This document shows, piece after piece, positions 1-11,598 of a DNA stretch of 64,000 nucleotides (the first letter of the stretch is position 1; every line of letters begins with the position of its first letter). Source of the DNA: an uncultured Candidatus Rokubacteria bacterium. GTDB lineage: Bacteria > Methylomirabilota > Methylomirabilia > Rokubacteriales > CSP1-6. The DNA is taken from the NCBI GenBank assembly GCA_963758635.1, contig CAVWWD010000007.1:64001-128000 (forward strand), written 5' to 3'. Below the pieces are notes generated by a model. That model ran no database searches, was not told the origin of the DNA, and saw only the letters and a program-made list of their open reading frames with translations. A program made the translations under genes and the position numbers.

Positions 1-739
1 ACAGCCGTCCCGTGGGCAGCACCGTGTCCAGCGCCACCACCTCCACGTGCCGATGCCGGAGGACGCTCTCGTAGACGCTCCGGTAGGCCGGCGGATCGTA
101 GGGCACGCCGGCGTCGGCGGTGGGCGGCGGCGTCGCGATCCCGAGCTGCGCGGCGAGCCGCGCCAGGTCCTGCCACAAGGCGCGCAGCACCTGGGGCGGC
201 GCGTCCTCGCGCTCTCGCGGGTGGAGGGGACGGGCCGCGCGGCGCTCGCGCTCCGCTTCGAGGAACTCCCTCACGGCTGCTGAAGGCACCGCGATGGCGA
301 AGCGGCACCCATCGTCGGCCAGGAGCGCCTCCGCGGCGTCGCCGTGCTGCTGCGCCAGCTCCACGAAGCGGTTGCCCACGAACGGTGTCTCGCCCAGGAG
401 CAGCTCGCGCGGGTCCGCATGGCTCGCGTTCCACGCGGCGACGGCGCTCCGGATCCAGAGCCCCGCGGCCTTGCGGATCACGGCATGCGTGACGCCATCA
501 CCGATCGGGTAGCGCTGACCGGCCGGGCTCGCCTCGAACACGGGTCGCGCCACGTCCCACTGGAGCAGATGCACGCGCCGGCCGTGGGCCGTGGCGAGGT
601 GCGTGACCTGGTGGACGACCAGGCTCTTGCCCGTGCCGGGTAGCCCGGCCAGGAACACCATGCGCCTCGCGGCGAGGCCGCGGAGCTGGGTTTCGAGGAC
701 GGGATCGGCGCGGACGACGAGGGACGACGAGAGGGCCAT
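1..739 (-). CDS. Hypothetical P-loop NTPase-like protein (runs off the window edge)
   Basis: Manual translation from ATG at 739: MALSSSLVVRADPVLETQLRGLAARRMVFLAGLPGTGKSLVVHQV... It has Walker A GLPGTGKS and is open to position 1. It is absent from the ORF track because no stop is in the window. Confidence 0.7.
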   Translation of the reverse strand, partial: MALSSSLVVRADPVLETQLRGLAARRMVFLAGLPGTGKSLVVHQVTHLATAHGRRVHLLQWDVARPVFEASPAGQRYPIGDGVTHAVIRKAAGLWIRSAVAAWNASHADPRELLLGETPFVGNRFVELAQQHGDAAEALLADDGCRFAIAVPSAAVREFLEAERERRAARPLHPREREDAPPQVLRALWQDLARLAAQLGIATPPPTADAGVPYDPPAYRSVYESVLRHRHVEVVALDTVLPTGRL

Positions 740-792
740 CGCTCAACCGCCGGCCCCCCGCGGCTCGATGAGACGGGGGGCAGGAACGAGGT

Positions 793-2058
793 TCAGGGGT
801 AGAGGCCGCGGACGCGATAGCCCTCGGCCACGCGCCGGACCCCTTCCATGAGGGCCGCGGTCCGCAGGTCCACGCCGTTCTTCTGACCCGCGGCCCACAC
901 GCGGTTGAAGGCGCGCGTCATGATCTCCTGCAGCCGCGCGGTGATCTCGCTCTCCTTCCAGAACCAGGACTGCAGCCCCTGCACCCACTCGAAGTAGGAC
1001 ACGACCACGCCGCCCGCGTTGGCGAGGATGTCGGGGATCACCGTGATGCCGCGCTCGCGCAGGATGACGTCGGCCTCGGGCGTGGTCGGGCCGTTGGCCC
1101 CCTCGGCGACGATCGCCGCCTTGATCCGGTCGGCGTTGCCCTGGTGGAGCACCGAGCCGACCGCGGCGGGGATCAGCACGTCGCAGGGCTGCTCCAGCAG
1201 CTGCTCGTTGGTGAGCGGCTCCGAGCCCGGGAAGTCCACGACGCTGCCCGTCTCCTTCACGTGCGCCTCGACCTGCCGGATGTCGAGCCCGGCGGGGTTC
1301 CAGATGCCGCCCTTGTAATCGCTCACACCGACGATCATGGCGTTGTCGCGCCAGAGGAGCCGGGCGGCCACGCTGCCCACGTTGCCGAAGCCCTGGACGA
1401 CGATCTTCTGCTTCTTGAGGTCGTGCCCCAGGTGGCTCATCGCCTGGTAGAGGGTATAGACGATGCCACGGCCGGTGGCCTCGCGACGTCCCGCCGACCC
1501 GCCCACGATGAGCGGCTTGCCCGTCACGACGCCGGGCACGCTCTTGCCCTGGGTCATGGAGTACGTGTCCATCATCCAGGCCATCGTCTGCTCGTCGGTG
1601 CCGAGGTCGGGCGCGGGGATGTCGATGTCGGGGCCGATGAACAGGATGATCTCGGCGGTGTAGCGGCGGGTCAGGCTCTCGAGCTCGGCGCGCGACATCG
1701 ACCGCGGCGCGCAGCGCACGCCGCCCTTGGCGCCGCCGTAGGGCAGCTCCATGAGCGCGCACTTCCAGCTCATGAACATCGCCAGCGCCGAGACCTCGCC
1801 CAGGCTCACGTCGTCGGCGTAGCGCAGCCCGCCCTTCGTGGGGCCGAGCACGGTGTTGTGGTGGACGCGGTAGCCGGTGAACACCTGGGTGTGGCCGTCG
1901 TCCATCCGGACGGGCACGGCGACGACGAGCGCGCGGCGCGGATGGCGGAGGCGCTCGTGCACGTCGGGATCGAGCTCGAGCTTCGCGGCCACGCGGTCGA
2001 GCTGGGCGAGGGCGGTGCGATGCAGCTCGGAGTCGAATTCGCCGCCGGTCGAGCTCAT
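793..2058 (-). CDS. Glu/Leu/Phe/Val dehydrogenase (glutamate dehydrogenase type)
   Basis: Motifs [38 protein letters not shown] and [26 protein letters not shown] lies upstream of ATG 2058. Confidence 0.95.
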   Translation of the reverse strand: MSSTGGEFDSELHRTALAQLDRVAAKLELDPDVHERLRHPRRALVVAVPVRMDDGHTQVFTGYRVHHNTVLGPTKGGLRYADDVSLGEVSALAMFMSWKCALMELPYGGAKGGVRCAPRSMSRAELESLTRRYTAEIILFIGPDIDIPAPDLGTDEQTMAWMMDTYSMTQGKSVPGVVTGKPLIVGGSAGRREATGRGIVYTLYQAMSHLGHDLKKQKIVVQGFGNVGSVAARLLWRDNAMIVGVSDYKGGIWNPAGLDIRQVEAHVKETGSVVDFPGSEPLTNEQLLEQPCDVLIPAAVGSVLHQGNADRIKAAIVAEGANGPTTPEADVILRERGITVIPDILANAGGVVVSYFEWVQGLQSWFWKESEITARLQEIMTRAFNRVWAAGQKNGVDLRTAALMEGVRRVAEGYRVRGLYP

Positions 2059-4231
2059 GGGGTCCCTCCTGCCGAGGATACTCCGCGCGTCGCGCCGGGC
2101 GCGAGCCGGAGCACGGCCAGGGATCGCGCATCGAGGGGATAGGCGCCGCCGGGCTCGAAGGCCGGCGCCTCGCCGACGGCCCAGTCGCGCGTGTCGAGGA
2201 CCAGGTGCCAGCGCGCGCCTCGGCGGCCGGCGGGCAGCAGGAACGGCACGGGCGCGGGCCCCGTGTTCAGGAGCACGAGGAAGGAGTCGCCAGTGATGGG
2301 CTCGCCGGCCTCGTCCACGTCGGGGATGGCGTCGCCGGCCAGGCGGAGGCCGAGACAGCGCGTGTCCGCGTCGTGCCACTCCTCCGCCGTGAGCTCCCCG
2401 CCGCCGGGCGCGAGCCACGACGAGGTCCTTGAGCTCGGCGCCCCCGACGTTCTTTCCGCGGAAGAAGCTCCGCCGATGGAACACCGGATGGGCGAGCCGG
2501 AGCGCGATCAGCCGGCGCACGTAGTCGAGGCGCCCGGCCGCGGCGGGGGAGAGCGGCCACGGGAACCAGGAGAGCTCGCCGTCCTGGCAGTACGCGTTGT
2601 TGTTCCCGCGCTGGGTGCGGCCGACCTCGTCGCCCGCGGTCAGCATCGGCGTGCCCTGTGACAGGAGGAGCGTGGCGAGGAAGTTGCGCGCCTGCCGGTC
2701 GCGGAGGGCCAGCACGTCGGGATCGTCGGTGGGGCCCTCCACGCCGCCGTTCCACGAGAGGTTGTGATCGGAGCCGTCGCGGTTGTCCTCGCCGTTGGCC
2801 TCGTTGCGCTTCGTCTCGTAGCTGACCAGGTCGGCGAGCGTGAAGCCGTCGTGGCAGGTGACGAAGTTCACGCTGGCGTGGGGCCGGCGGCCGCTCCACT
2901 CGTAGAGGTCGCTCGACCCGGTGAGCCGGTAGCCGAGCTCGGCGGCCTGGCCGGGGTCGCCCCGCCACACCCGACGGATCGTGTCGCGGTAGCGGCCGTT
3001 CCACTCCGCCCATCCCGCGGGGAAGTTGCCGACCTGGTAGCCGGCCTCGCCCAGGTCCCACGGCTCGGCGATGAGCTTCACCCGCGAGATGACGGGGTCC
3101 TGCCGGATCGAGGTGAAGAACGCCGACAGCCGGTCCACCCCGTGCGCGCCGCGGGCGAGGGCGGCCGCGAGGTCGAAGCGGAAGCCGTCCACGTGCATCT
3201 CCTCGATCCAGTAGCGCAGGCTGTCCATGACGAGCTGGAGCGCGGCGGGGTGGCGGGTGTCGAGCGTGTTGCCGCAGCCGGTGTAGTCCAGGTACTCGCG
3301 GCGGTTCTCGGGCCGGAGGCGGTAGTAGGAGGCGTTGTCGATGCCACGCAAGGACAGCGTGGGGCCGCGATGGGTGCTCTCCGCGGTGTGGTTGTAGACC
3401 ACGTCGAGGAGCACCTCGAGGCCCGCGCGGTGCAGCTCGCGCACCATGGCCTTGAACTCCGTCGACCTGGGCGCCCGGCGCTCCCGGCGCGGCCAGGCGC
3501 GCGTCCGGCGCGAAGTAGCCGATGGAGTTGTAGCCCCAGTAGTTGGCGAGCCCGCGGGCCACGAGGGGCCGCTCGCTCACGCTCGCGTGCACGGGCATCA
3601 GCTCGACCGCGCTCACGCCGAGCCGTGTGAGGTGCTCGATGGCGGAAGGCGACGCGAGGCCGGCGAACGTGCCGCGCCGGGCCGGCGCCACGTCGGGATG
3701 ACGCGCCGTGAAGCCCTTCACGTGCGCCTCGTAGATCACCGTGCGGTGCCACGGCGTGCGCGGGGGGCGGTCGCCCTGCCAGGCGAACGCGGGGTCGACC
3801 ACGACGCTCCGGAGCGTGTAGGGCGCGCTGTCGCGCGCGTCCGGCACGTCGCCGTCGGGATCGTCCGGGCGATAGCCGCAGAGCGCGTCGTGCCAGCGGA
3901 TCTCCCCGTCGATGGCGCGCGCGTACGGATCGAGGAGGAGCTTGGCGGGGTTGAAGCGATGTCCCTCGGCGGGCGCGTAGCGACCCTGGACGCGATAGCC
4001 GTAGAGGAGGCCGGGGCCCGCGCCCTCCAGGTACACGTGCCACACCTGGTCGGTCCGCTCGCGGATGCGCAGCCGGCCGCGCTCGCGACCGCCGGGCCCC
4101 GGCTCGAACAGGCACAGGTCCACGGCCGTCGCGTTCTCGCTCCAGAGCGCGAAGTTGACGCCGGCGCCGTCCCACGTCGCGCCGAGCGGGGAGGGAGAGC
4201 CCGGGCGCGTCCGGAAGGGCGGGCGGCTCAC
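2055..4231 (-). CDS. glgX: Glycogen debranching enzyme (frameshifts at ~3460 and ~2415)
   Basis: [57 protein letters not shown] and [11 protein letters not shown] are spread over three frames. The GTG start overlaps the glgB stop. Confidence 0.92.
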
Positions 4232-6450
4232 GCGGGGTCGTGGCGCAGGAGGAGCGCGCCGAGCGGCGGCAGGGTGAGCGTCACCGAGCACGGCTGCCCG
4301 TGCCACGGGACGGGCTCGGCCACGACGCCGCCCGCGTTGCCCACGTCGCCGCCTCCGTAGCGGCGGCCGTCGGTGTTCAGGACCTCGCTCCACGCGCCGC
4401 CGCGGGGCACGCCCACGCGATAGCCGTGGCGCGGGACGGGGGTGAAGTTCGCCACGCAGAGAACGGGCGCCGCCGCCGCCGCGGCGCCGAAGCGGCAGAA
4501 CGCCACCACGCTCTGCTCGGTGTCGGAGCAGTCCATCCACGCGAAGCCGCCGGGCTCGTGGTCGGCCTCGTGGAGCGCGGGCTCGGCGCGGTAGAGGCGG
4601 TTCAGATCCTCCACCAGCGCCTGCACGCCGCGGTGGTACGGCCCCGCCTCGAGGAGGTGCCAGTCGAGGCTCTCGTCGTGGTTCCACTCGCGCGGCTGCC
4701 CGAGCTCGCCGCCCATGAAGAGGAGCTTCTTGCCCGGGTACGCCCACATGAACCCGTAGAGCAGGCGGAGGTTCGCGAAGCGCTGCCACTCGTCGCCCGG
4801 CATCTTGCCGATGAGCGAGCCCTTGCCGTGCACGACCTCGTCGTGGGACAGCGGCAGGACGAAGTTCTCGCTCCACGCGTAGAGGAGGCCGAACGTGAGC
4901 CGGTTGTGGTGGTACTTCCGGTGCACCGGCTCGTTGCGCACGTAGTCGAGCACGTCGTGCATCCAGCCCATGTTCCACTTGAGCCCGAAGCCGAGCCCGC
5001 CGAGATACGTGGGCCGCGACACCTGCGGCCACGCCGTCGACTCCTCGGCGACCATGAGCACGTCGGGATGGGCGCCGTACACCGCCTCGTTCAGGCGGCG
5101 GACGAACGCGATGGCCTCGAGGTTCTCCCGTCCGCCATGGACGTTCGGCACCCACTCCCCGGGTCGCCGCGAGTAGTCGCGGTAGAGCATGGAGGCCACC
5201 GCGTCGACGCGGAGGCCGTCCAGGTGGTAGCGCTCGAGCCAGAAGAGGGCGTTGCCGATCAGGAAGTTCGCCACCTCGCGGCGGCCGTAGTTGAAGACGC
5301 GCGTGCCCCAGTCCGGGTGCTCGCGCTGCCGCGGATCGTCATGCTCGTAGAGGTGCGTGCCGTCGAAGTAGACGAGCCCGTGGGGATCCTGGGGGAAGTG
5401 CGCGGGCACCCAGTCGAGGAGCACGCCGACGCCGCGGCGGTGCAGCTCGTCCACGAAGGCCATGAAGTCCTTCGGCTCCCCGTACCGGCGCGTCGGCGCG
5501 TGATACCCGATCGTCTGGTATCCCCACGAGCCGTAGAACGGGTGCTCCATCACGGGCAGGAGCTCGACGTGGGTGAAGCCCATCCCGACGACGTAGTCAC
5601 CGAGCTGCCGGCCCAGCTCGCGGTAGTCGAGGAAGCGGTGGCCCTGCTCGGGCACGCGCCGCCACGAGCCCAGGTGCACCTCGTACACGCTCATGGGAGC
5701 GCGGAGCGCGTGCCGGGCGCCGCGGCCGGCCATCCACTCGCCGTCGTGCCAGCGGTATCCGTCGAGGTCGTAGACGACGGCGGCGGTGCGGGGCGTCTCG
5801 GGCTCGAGGGCGAAGGCGTACGGGTCGGTCTTGGCGGCGAGCGGCCCGCCCGAGGCGGGGAGGATCTCGTACTTGTACCGCGCGCCCGGCTGGACGCCGG
5901 GGAGGAAGATCTCCCAGATCCCGTTGCCCGGGTGCAGGCGCATCGGATGCACGCGCCCGTCCCAGCCGTTCCAGTCGCCCACCACGCTGACCCGGCGGGC
6001 GTTGGGCGCCCACACCGCGAAGCTGATGCCGTCCACGTCGAGGATGCGCTCCGGGTGGGCCCCCAGCTTGTCGAAGATCCGCTGATGCGTCCCCTCGCCG
6101 AGCAGGTGGAGGTCGAAGGCCGAGAGCCTGGAGGGAAAGCGGTACGGGTCCTCGATCTCCCGCGTGCGGCCGTCGGCCTCGGTGACGCAGAGGCGGTACG
6201 ACGGGAACGCGCCGGCGGGCGCGCTGCGCGCCGGCACGGACGCTTCCCACAGGCCGGCGGGATGCATGGCCCGCATCGGGCGGGGCTGGCTCGCGCCGTC
6301 CGGGCCCCGGACGGCCACCGCGCGGGCGCCGGGCAGGAACGCGCGGATGGTGAGGACGCCGCCCGCCTCGCGATGCGGGCCGAGCACGGCGAACGGGTCT
6401 CCGTGCTCGCCGATGCTCAACGCGTGGACGATGGGCGCGGGCAGGGTCAC
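4228..6450 (-). CDS. glgB: 1,4-alpha-glucan branching enzyme
   Basis: [61 protein letters not shown] start at 6450 preferred. Confidence 0.96.
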   Translation of the reverse strand: MTLPAPIVHALSIGEHGDPFAVLGPHREAGGVLTIRAFLPGARAVAVRGPDGASQPRPMRAMHPAGLWEASVPARSAPAGAFPSYRLCVTEADGRTREIEDPYRFPSRLSAFDLHLLGEGTHQRIFDKLGAHPERILDVDGISFAVWAPNARRVSVVGDWNGWDGRVHPMRLHPGNGIWEIFLPGVQPGARYKYEILPASGGPLAAKTDPYAFALEPETPRTAAVVYDLDGYRWHDGEWMAGRGARHALRAPMSVYEVHLGSWRRVPEQGHRFLDYRELGRQLGDYVVGMGFTHVELLPVMEHPFYGSWGYQTIGYHAPTRRYGEPKDFMAFVDELHRRGVGVLLDWVPAHFPQDPHGLVYFDGTHLYEHDDPRQREHPDWGTRVFNYGRREVANFLIGNALFWLERYHLDGLRVDAVASMLYRDYSRRPGEWVPNVHGGRENLEAIAFVRRLNEAVYGAHPDVLMVAEESTAWPQVSRPTYLGGLGFGLKWNMGWMHDVLDYVRNEPVHRKYHHNRLTFGLLYAWSENFVLPLSHDEVVHGKGSLIGKMPGDEWQRFANLRLLYGFMWAYPGKKLLFMGGELGQPREWNHDESLDWHLLEAGPYHRGVQALVEDLNRLYRAEPALHEADHEPGGFAWMDCSDTEQSVVAFCRFGAAAAAAPVLCVANFTPVPRHGYRVGVPRGGAWSEVLNTDGRRYGGGDVGNAGGVVAEPVPWHGQPCSVTLTLPPLGALLLRHDPA

Positions 6451-6456
6451 ACGTCC

Positions 6457-6462
6457 ATTGTA
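6457..6462 (-). promoter_or_regulatory. -10 box (TACAAT) 6 nt upstream of the glgB GTG; probable leaderless promoter
   Basis: Minus strand reads TACAATggacgtGTG with no SD in between. Confidence 0.5.
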
Positions 6463-6594
6463 CGTGTGGTCCCTGGATGCCCTGCGCGGATCCAGAAGCT
6501 CACGACGCCCGAGTCCTGCTGGCTCCGCGGGAGACGCGGTCATGGCGTCCTGCCTCGCTTTCCTCGACCTGGGACCGGCGAACGGTTTCGCGGA

Positions 6595-7112
6595 TCAGCG
6601 CATGCGGCGAGGTGTCCGTCGTCACGGTCAGCACCGGGCACGACGCCAGGCGCCACCACCTTCTCGGCCACGCTGCCGATGAGCGCGTGCTGGAGGCCCG
6701 TGCGCCCGTGGGTGCCCATGACGATGAGGTCGGCGCCCTGCTCCTGCGCGATGCGGACGATCGTCTCCGCGGGCGGGCCCACGGCCAGCTCGGCGCCCCA
6801 GCGATGCCGGAACGCGTGCGGAATCATGTCGTGCAGCCGCGTGAGCACGACATCGCCCTGGTCGTGCCGGACGACCGTCGTCGGGGGCGCCGGCCAGGGC
6901 GCGCCGAGGCGGGCGCTCGCGCCCGGATCGAACGCGCCGGGATGCCCCGCCGCCGTCCCGACGTAGTACACGTCCGTCTGTGTCCCCGACGGCACGACGT
7001 GCAGCAGCGTCACCCTGGCGTCGTGGGCGCGCGCCTCGTCGAAGGCGTACTCAAGGGCATGCGCGGCGGTGTCGGAGAAGTCCGTCGGGACGAGGACATG
7101 GGTGACTGGCAT
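6595..7112 (-). CDS. Universal stress protein (frameshift near the 3' end, ~6650)
   Basis: MPVTHVLVPTDFSDTAAHAL...ADLIVMGTHGRTGLQHALIGSVAEKVV. The continuation RLASCPVLTV is in the shifted frame. Confidence 0.9.
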
Positions 7113-7198
7113 GACCGCTCCCCTTGCGCGGGGCCGCCGCGCCCGGCCGTGGTGCGGCGGATCGGCCCCGACCGAACAGTGTGAGCGCACGCATGGCG

Positions 7199-7591
7199 TC
7201 AGCGGTACTCGCGGAGGATCCGTCGCGCGACGACCATCCGGTGCACCTCGTCGGGGCCGTCGTAGATCCGCGCCGCGCGGGCCTCGCGGTAGAAGCTCTC
7301 GAGCGGGACCTCGTCCGAGATCCCCATGGCGCCGTGGGCCTGCACGGCGCGGTCGATGACGTCGTGCAGGACCTTGGCGCCGAAGAACTTGATGAGCGAG
7401 ACATCGGTGCGCCAGTCGAGCTTCTGGTCCATCTTCCAGGCGGCCTGGAGCGTCAGTAGCCGCGCCGCTTCCATCTCGGCCCGCGAGTTGGCGACCCAGT
7501 CCTGCACGGCGGGATAGACGTCGCGCTCCATGATCTGGGTCGTCACGCGCCTGAGCTGTTCCTGCTCGGGGGTGGGGCTGAAGTCGATCAT
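7199..7591 (-). pseudogene. Internally deleted acyl-CoA dehydrogenase (N-terminal ~27 aa fused to the C-terminal domain)
   Basis: MIDFSPTPEQEQLRR (ACAD N-terminus) is joined in frame to AARLLTLQAAW...AVQAHGAMG...ARIYDGPDEVH (ACAD C-terminus). Total length is only 130 aa. Confidence 0.75.
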
Positions 7592-7755
7592 GGTGGCTCC
7601 TCCGGCCGTTTCCGACGGACGGTGACGCGGGCCTCGCGCTGTCCCAGGCGCCGCTCACGCTCGCCGGCGCCTTGGTTGGAGTGGCCGGTGCAACGGCCGT
7701 GCCCCGACGGTCACGTGCGCATCGCGAGCGGAGAAACGCCGAGCCCGAGTGTACT

Positions 7756-9227
7756 TCACGGGACTCGTGCGTGCCGCGGCCCCCGGGAGCCCATGGGCCG
7801 CGTGGCGAGACGGCGCATCTCAGCGGGGCGGCCGCGCCTCAGCCGGGCCCCGCGTGGGGCGCTGGAGCACCACCGCCGAGCCGCGGTGCGGATTCGAGGG
7901 GCGGCGTTCGAGCGGGCCAACGACATGAAGGTGCTGGGCTCGTACGTCGTTCCGCGCGACGCCGCCGGGCGCGGCCCCGCGGTGGGACGGTGAGTCCGCT
8001 CGCCCCGGCCGCGCCCTATCGTTCCCGCGCGCCCGCCGCCGGGGACGGGAATTCGATAGAGCCGCGCGCAGTTGTCCCAGAGGATCTTGCGGCGAACCTC
8101 GTCGCGGAAGGGCAATCCGAAGAACTGCGCCATGGCCTCCGGGAAGGCGCCATCGGAGTGCGGGTAGTCGGTCGAGACCACGAAGTAGTCCGCGCCCATC
8201 TTGTCGACCACGTCCACCGCGGGCTCCTCGTCCACGTCGAGCGCGATGTAGCACTGCCGCTTGAAGTACTCGCTCGGCGTCATCGAGAGCTGGTGTTCGC
8301 AGCCCGGGCCGAACTTCTCCCACTGGTCGTCGAGCCGCCACAGCCACCAGTGGAGCCACCCGGCCGTCCCTTCGAGGAAGGCGCAGCGGAGCCCGGGTGA
8401 CGCTCGAGGATCCCGCCCGTGGTCATGCTGGCGATCGCCCCCATCAGCTCCACCGGGTTGCGGATGGCATGGGCGATCGGCTGGAAGTTGGCGTGGCCCA
8501 CGTAGCGCCGCCCCGCGTCGTCCTTCAGCGAGGTGTTGCCGGTCGGATGGAACCCGATCGGCACGTCGAGATCCTCGAGCGCGCTCCACAGCGGGTCGCA
8601 GGCCTCGTCGTGCAGGTGCTGACCGTTGACCGGGTTCGGGGTGCCGATGACGGCGACGGCGCCGAGCTCCTTGACGCAGCGGCGGGCCTCCTCGATCGCG
8701 GCGGAGATGCTGTGCATCGCGACCTGGGCGGCGAACTTGAGCCGCGCGGGATGGCGCCGGCAGTAGTCGGACGCCCAGTTGTTGTAGGCGCGGGCGAGGG
8801 CGGCGGCGTAGTCGGGAGCGAGGTCGTCGTGCATCAGGATCTGGCGCCCGCGGGTGCCGTACATCACGGCGACGTCGACGCCTTCGATGTCCATCGCGGT
8901 CAGGGTGGAGTCGGGGTCGAACCCACGCCCGCGCGCCACCTGGAAGTGCGGGTGCCGCGCGCGGCTCCGGCGCCGCAGCTCGCGGCTCGACGCGGTGGCG
9001 CCGCTGGCGGTGGCGTGCGCGGGGATGGCCAGGCCCTGCACCTCCATCCCCATGATGGTGTCGGCGTTTCCCTTGTCGTCACCGCTGGCGCTCAGGCTCT
9101 GCCGCTGGCCCCCGAAGAACCGCGGCAGGTTGGCGCGGTGGGGGCCTTCGAGGTAACGGCTCCACAGGTCGTCCGGCTCCATCATGTGCAGGTCGCTGTC
9201 GAGGATCAGGTATCCGTCACGTGCCAT
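7756..9227 (-). CDS. Amidohydrolase family 2 protein (frameshift ~8395; true 3' end uncertain, conserved part ends ~8050)
   Basis: ILDSDLHMMEP, PIGFHP, FLEGTAGW, STDYPHSD, KILWDNCARLY. GGAGG RBS present. Confidence 0.88.
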
Positions 9228-9305
9228 GTCACACCTCCAGGGTTCTGGGGTTCTCGGACGCCCGGGGCGCTCGCGCGGCCACCCGCCGACCTGCCGCCCG
9301 ACCGA

Positions 9306-9353
9306 TCAGACGGCCGTCATCGGGCGCATGGTCCGCACGGCCTGGATCGCCAT
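9306..9353 (-). CDS. Putative 15-aa leaderless leader peptide MAIQAVRTMRPMTAV
   Basis: ATG is 7 nt downstream of a near-consensus -10 box. The ORF ends 78 nt upstream of the amidohydrolase start. Confidence 0.45.
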   Translation of the reverse strand: MAIQAVRTMRPMTAV

Positions 9354-9360
9354 GGGGCCG

Positions 9361-9389
9361 ACTCTAGGGGCGGGGATACCTTCTGTCAA
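9361..9389 (-). promoter_or_regulatory. sigma70-type promoter TTGACA-N17-TAGAGT
   Basis: Perfect -35 box at 9384-9389, 17-nt spacer, -10 box at 9361-9366. Confidence 0.75.
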
Positions 9390-9483
9390 CGCGGGCCGGC
9401 CGGCGGCCGCCGGTGTCACCGGCACGGGACCGGTCAGGTCCGGGATCGGCCGGCTGCGGAGAGGGCGCGGCGAGAAGCCGAGC

Positions 9484-10841
9484 CTAGAAGCTGCGGATGA
9501 GGCGCTCGACCCGCTCGTCGTGGCTCTGGAACGGATCCTTGCAGAGGATGGTCTCGCGCTCCGGGTCGTTGAGCTTCAGGTAGACCCAGTCCACGCGGTA
9601 GTCCTTCCCCTTCAGGTTGGCCTGGCGGATGAACTCGCCGCGCAGGCGCGCCCGGGTGGTCTGGGGCGGCGCGTGCTTGGCCCGCTCGATGGCCTCGTCG
9701 GTGGTGACGCGGTCGACCATGCCGCGGCCCACGAGCCTGAAGTAGAGGCCGCGGTCCGGCCGGATGTCGTGGTACTGCAGGTCGATCAGCGAGACCTTGG
9801 GGTCCCGCCACGACAGCCGGTTCTTGGTCATGAAGTTCTCGATCAGCTCCTTCTTGATGACCCAGTCGACCTCGCGGGACAGCTGCATGGGGTCCTGGGT
9901 GAGCTGCTCGATCACGTACGTCCACTTGGCGAGCACGTCCTTGGTGACGGGATCGGCGTCGATGGTCTGGACGTAGCGCGTGGCGTGCTCGAGGTACTCC
10001 GTCTGGAGCTCGAGCGCGGACATCGACGCGGCCGTCCTTGAGCCGCACCGTCTCGCGGAGCGTCGGGTCGTGGCTGATGTCCCGGATGGCCTGCACCGGC
10101 GACTGGAGGCTGTAGTCGCGGTCGAAGTGGCCGTCCTCGATCATGTCGAGGATCAGCGCGGTGGTGCCCACCTTGAGGTAGGTGGCCATCTCGGACATGT
10201 TCGAGTCGCCCACGATCACGTGCAGCCGGCGGTAGCGCTCGGCGTCGGCGTGGGGCTCGTCGCGCGTGTTGATGATCGACCGCGACGACGTGGTGGCGCC
10301 CGAGATCTCCTGGCAGATGTGCTGCGCCCGCTGGGACAGGCAGTAGTGGAAGCCCCGCGGCGTCTGCAGCACCTTGCCCGCGCCCGCGAAGATCTGCCGC
10401 GTCACGAAGAAGGGGATGAGCCCCTCGGCGAGACGCTGGAACGAGAACGTCACGGCTGACCAGGTAGTTCTCGTGGCAGCCGTAGGAGTTCCCCGCGGAG
10501 TCGGTGTTGTTCTTGAAGAGGAGGATGTTGCCGGAGATGCCGTCCTCGCGCAGGCGCTTCTCCGCCTGATGGAGGAGGTCCTCGACGATACGCTCGCCCG
10601 CCTTGTCGTGCGTGACGAGCTCGGTGACGTCGTCGCACTCGGGCGTGGCGTACTCGGGGTGGAAGCCCGTGTCGAGATAGAGCCGGGCGCCGTTCTCCAG
10701 GAAGACGTTCGCGTTCCGGGCGCCGGGGATGACCTTCTCGAAGAGGTAGCGGGCGACGTTGTCCGGCGAGAGGCGCCGCTGGCCGTTCAGCGTGCACGTC
10801 AGGCCGTACTCGTTCTCCATGCCGAAGATGCGCCGCTTCAT
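9484..10841 (-). CDS. pafA: Pup--protein ligase (frameshifts ~10447 and ~10027)
   Basis: [99 protein letters not shown]. Confidence 0.93.
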
Positions 10842-10904
10842 GTGGGCCTCAGGGTAGCAGGGGCTCGGACCCTCCGCAAGAATTCCTGCGTGTGGGAGCG
10901 GGCG

Positions 10905-11598
10905 TTACGTGGTCGCGGGGAGGAGCTGGTGCAGCACCTCGGACGGGATCCGGCGGAACTTCCGCCGCTCCTTCGTCCGATCGAGCACCGCCACCTCGAG
11001 GTCGCGCTCGGTGAGCGTCTTGTTCTGCGTGACCATGAGGGCCCGGACGCCCAGGTGCAGCGCGGCCTCGAGGTCGAGGCTGTCCTGGAAGTTGTCCTTC
11101 AGGTAGCGCCGGATCTCGTCGGACTGGCCGCCCATGGCCGCGTAGTTCTTCTCGTCCTCGATGGTTCCGTCGTAGAGGATGTGGTAGATCTCGTTCTTCG
11201 CGCCGTTGTCGACGCCGACCTCGACCACCAGCACCTCCACCTCGAAGGGCTTGATGTCCTGGGTGAAGATGTTCCCGAGGCCCTGGGAGTAGGCGTTGGC
11301 GAGGGCCTTGGCGCGTCACGTCGCCCCGGCTGTAGGAGTAGCCACGGAGGTCGGCGTGCCGGACCCCGGCCACCCGCAGGTTCTCGAACTCGTTGTACTT
11401 GCCCACGCCGGCGAACGCGATGCGGTCGTAGATCTCCGAGATCTTGTGGAGCAGGGTCGAGGGGTTCTCGGCCACCAGGAGCACGCCGTCGCGGTACTCG
11501 ATGGCCACGATGGCCTTGCCGCGGGAGATGCCCTTGCGGGCATACTCCGCCTTGTCCTTCATCATCTGCTCGGGCGACACGTAGTAGGGCAGCGGCAT
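10905..11598 (-). CDS. prcA: 20S proteasome alpha subunit (frameshift ~11312)
   Basis: [61 protein letters not shown]...RKFRRI. Confidence 0.93.

Noticed and set aside
793..3447. 884-aa GlgX-glutamate dehydrogenase fusion ORF
   Set aside because: It results from a frameshift at ~2415. The true glgX C-terminus is in another frame, and the dehydrogenase has its own RBS and ATG at 2058.
4240..6966. Long antisense or alternate-frame ORFs (also 10374-12515, 13624-15828, 25885-27843, 28684-30759, 48340-50541)
   Set aside because: These are shadow ORFs expected in high-GC DNA opposite well-supported genes, and they have no motifs.
7622..7993. Plus-strand ORF ending ...MKVLGSY..., reminiscent of a prephenate dehydratase tail
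   Set aside because: The match is too short, there is no other supporting motif, and the composition is low-complexity and Arg-rich.
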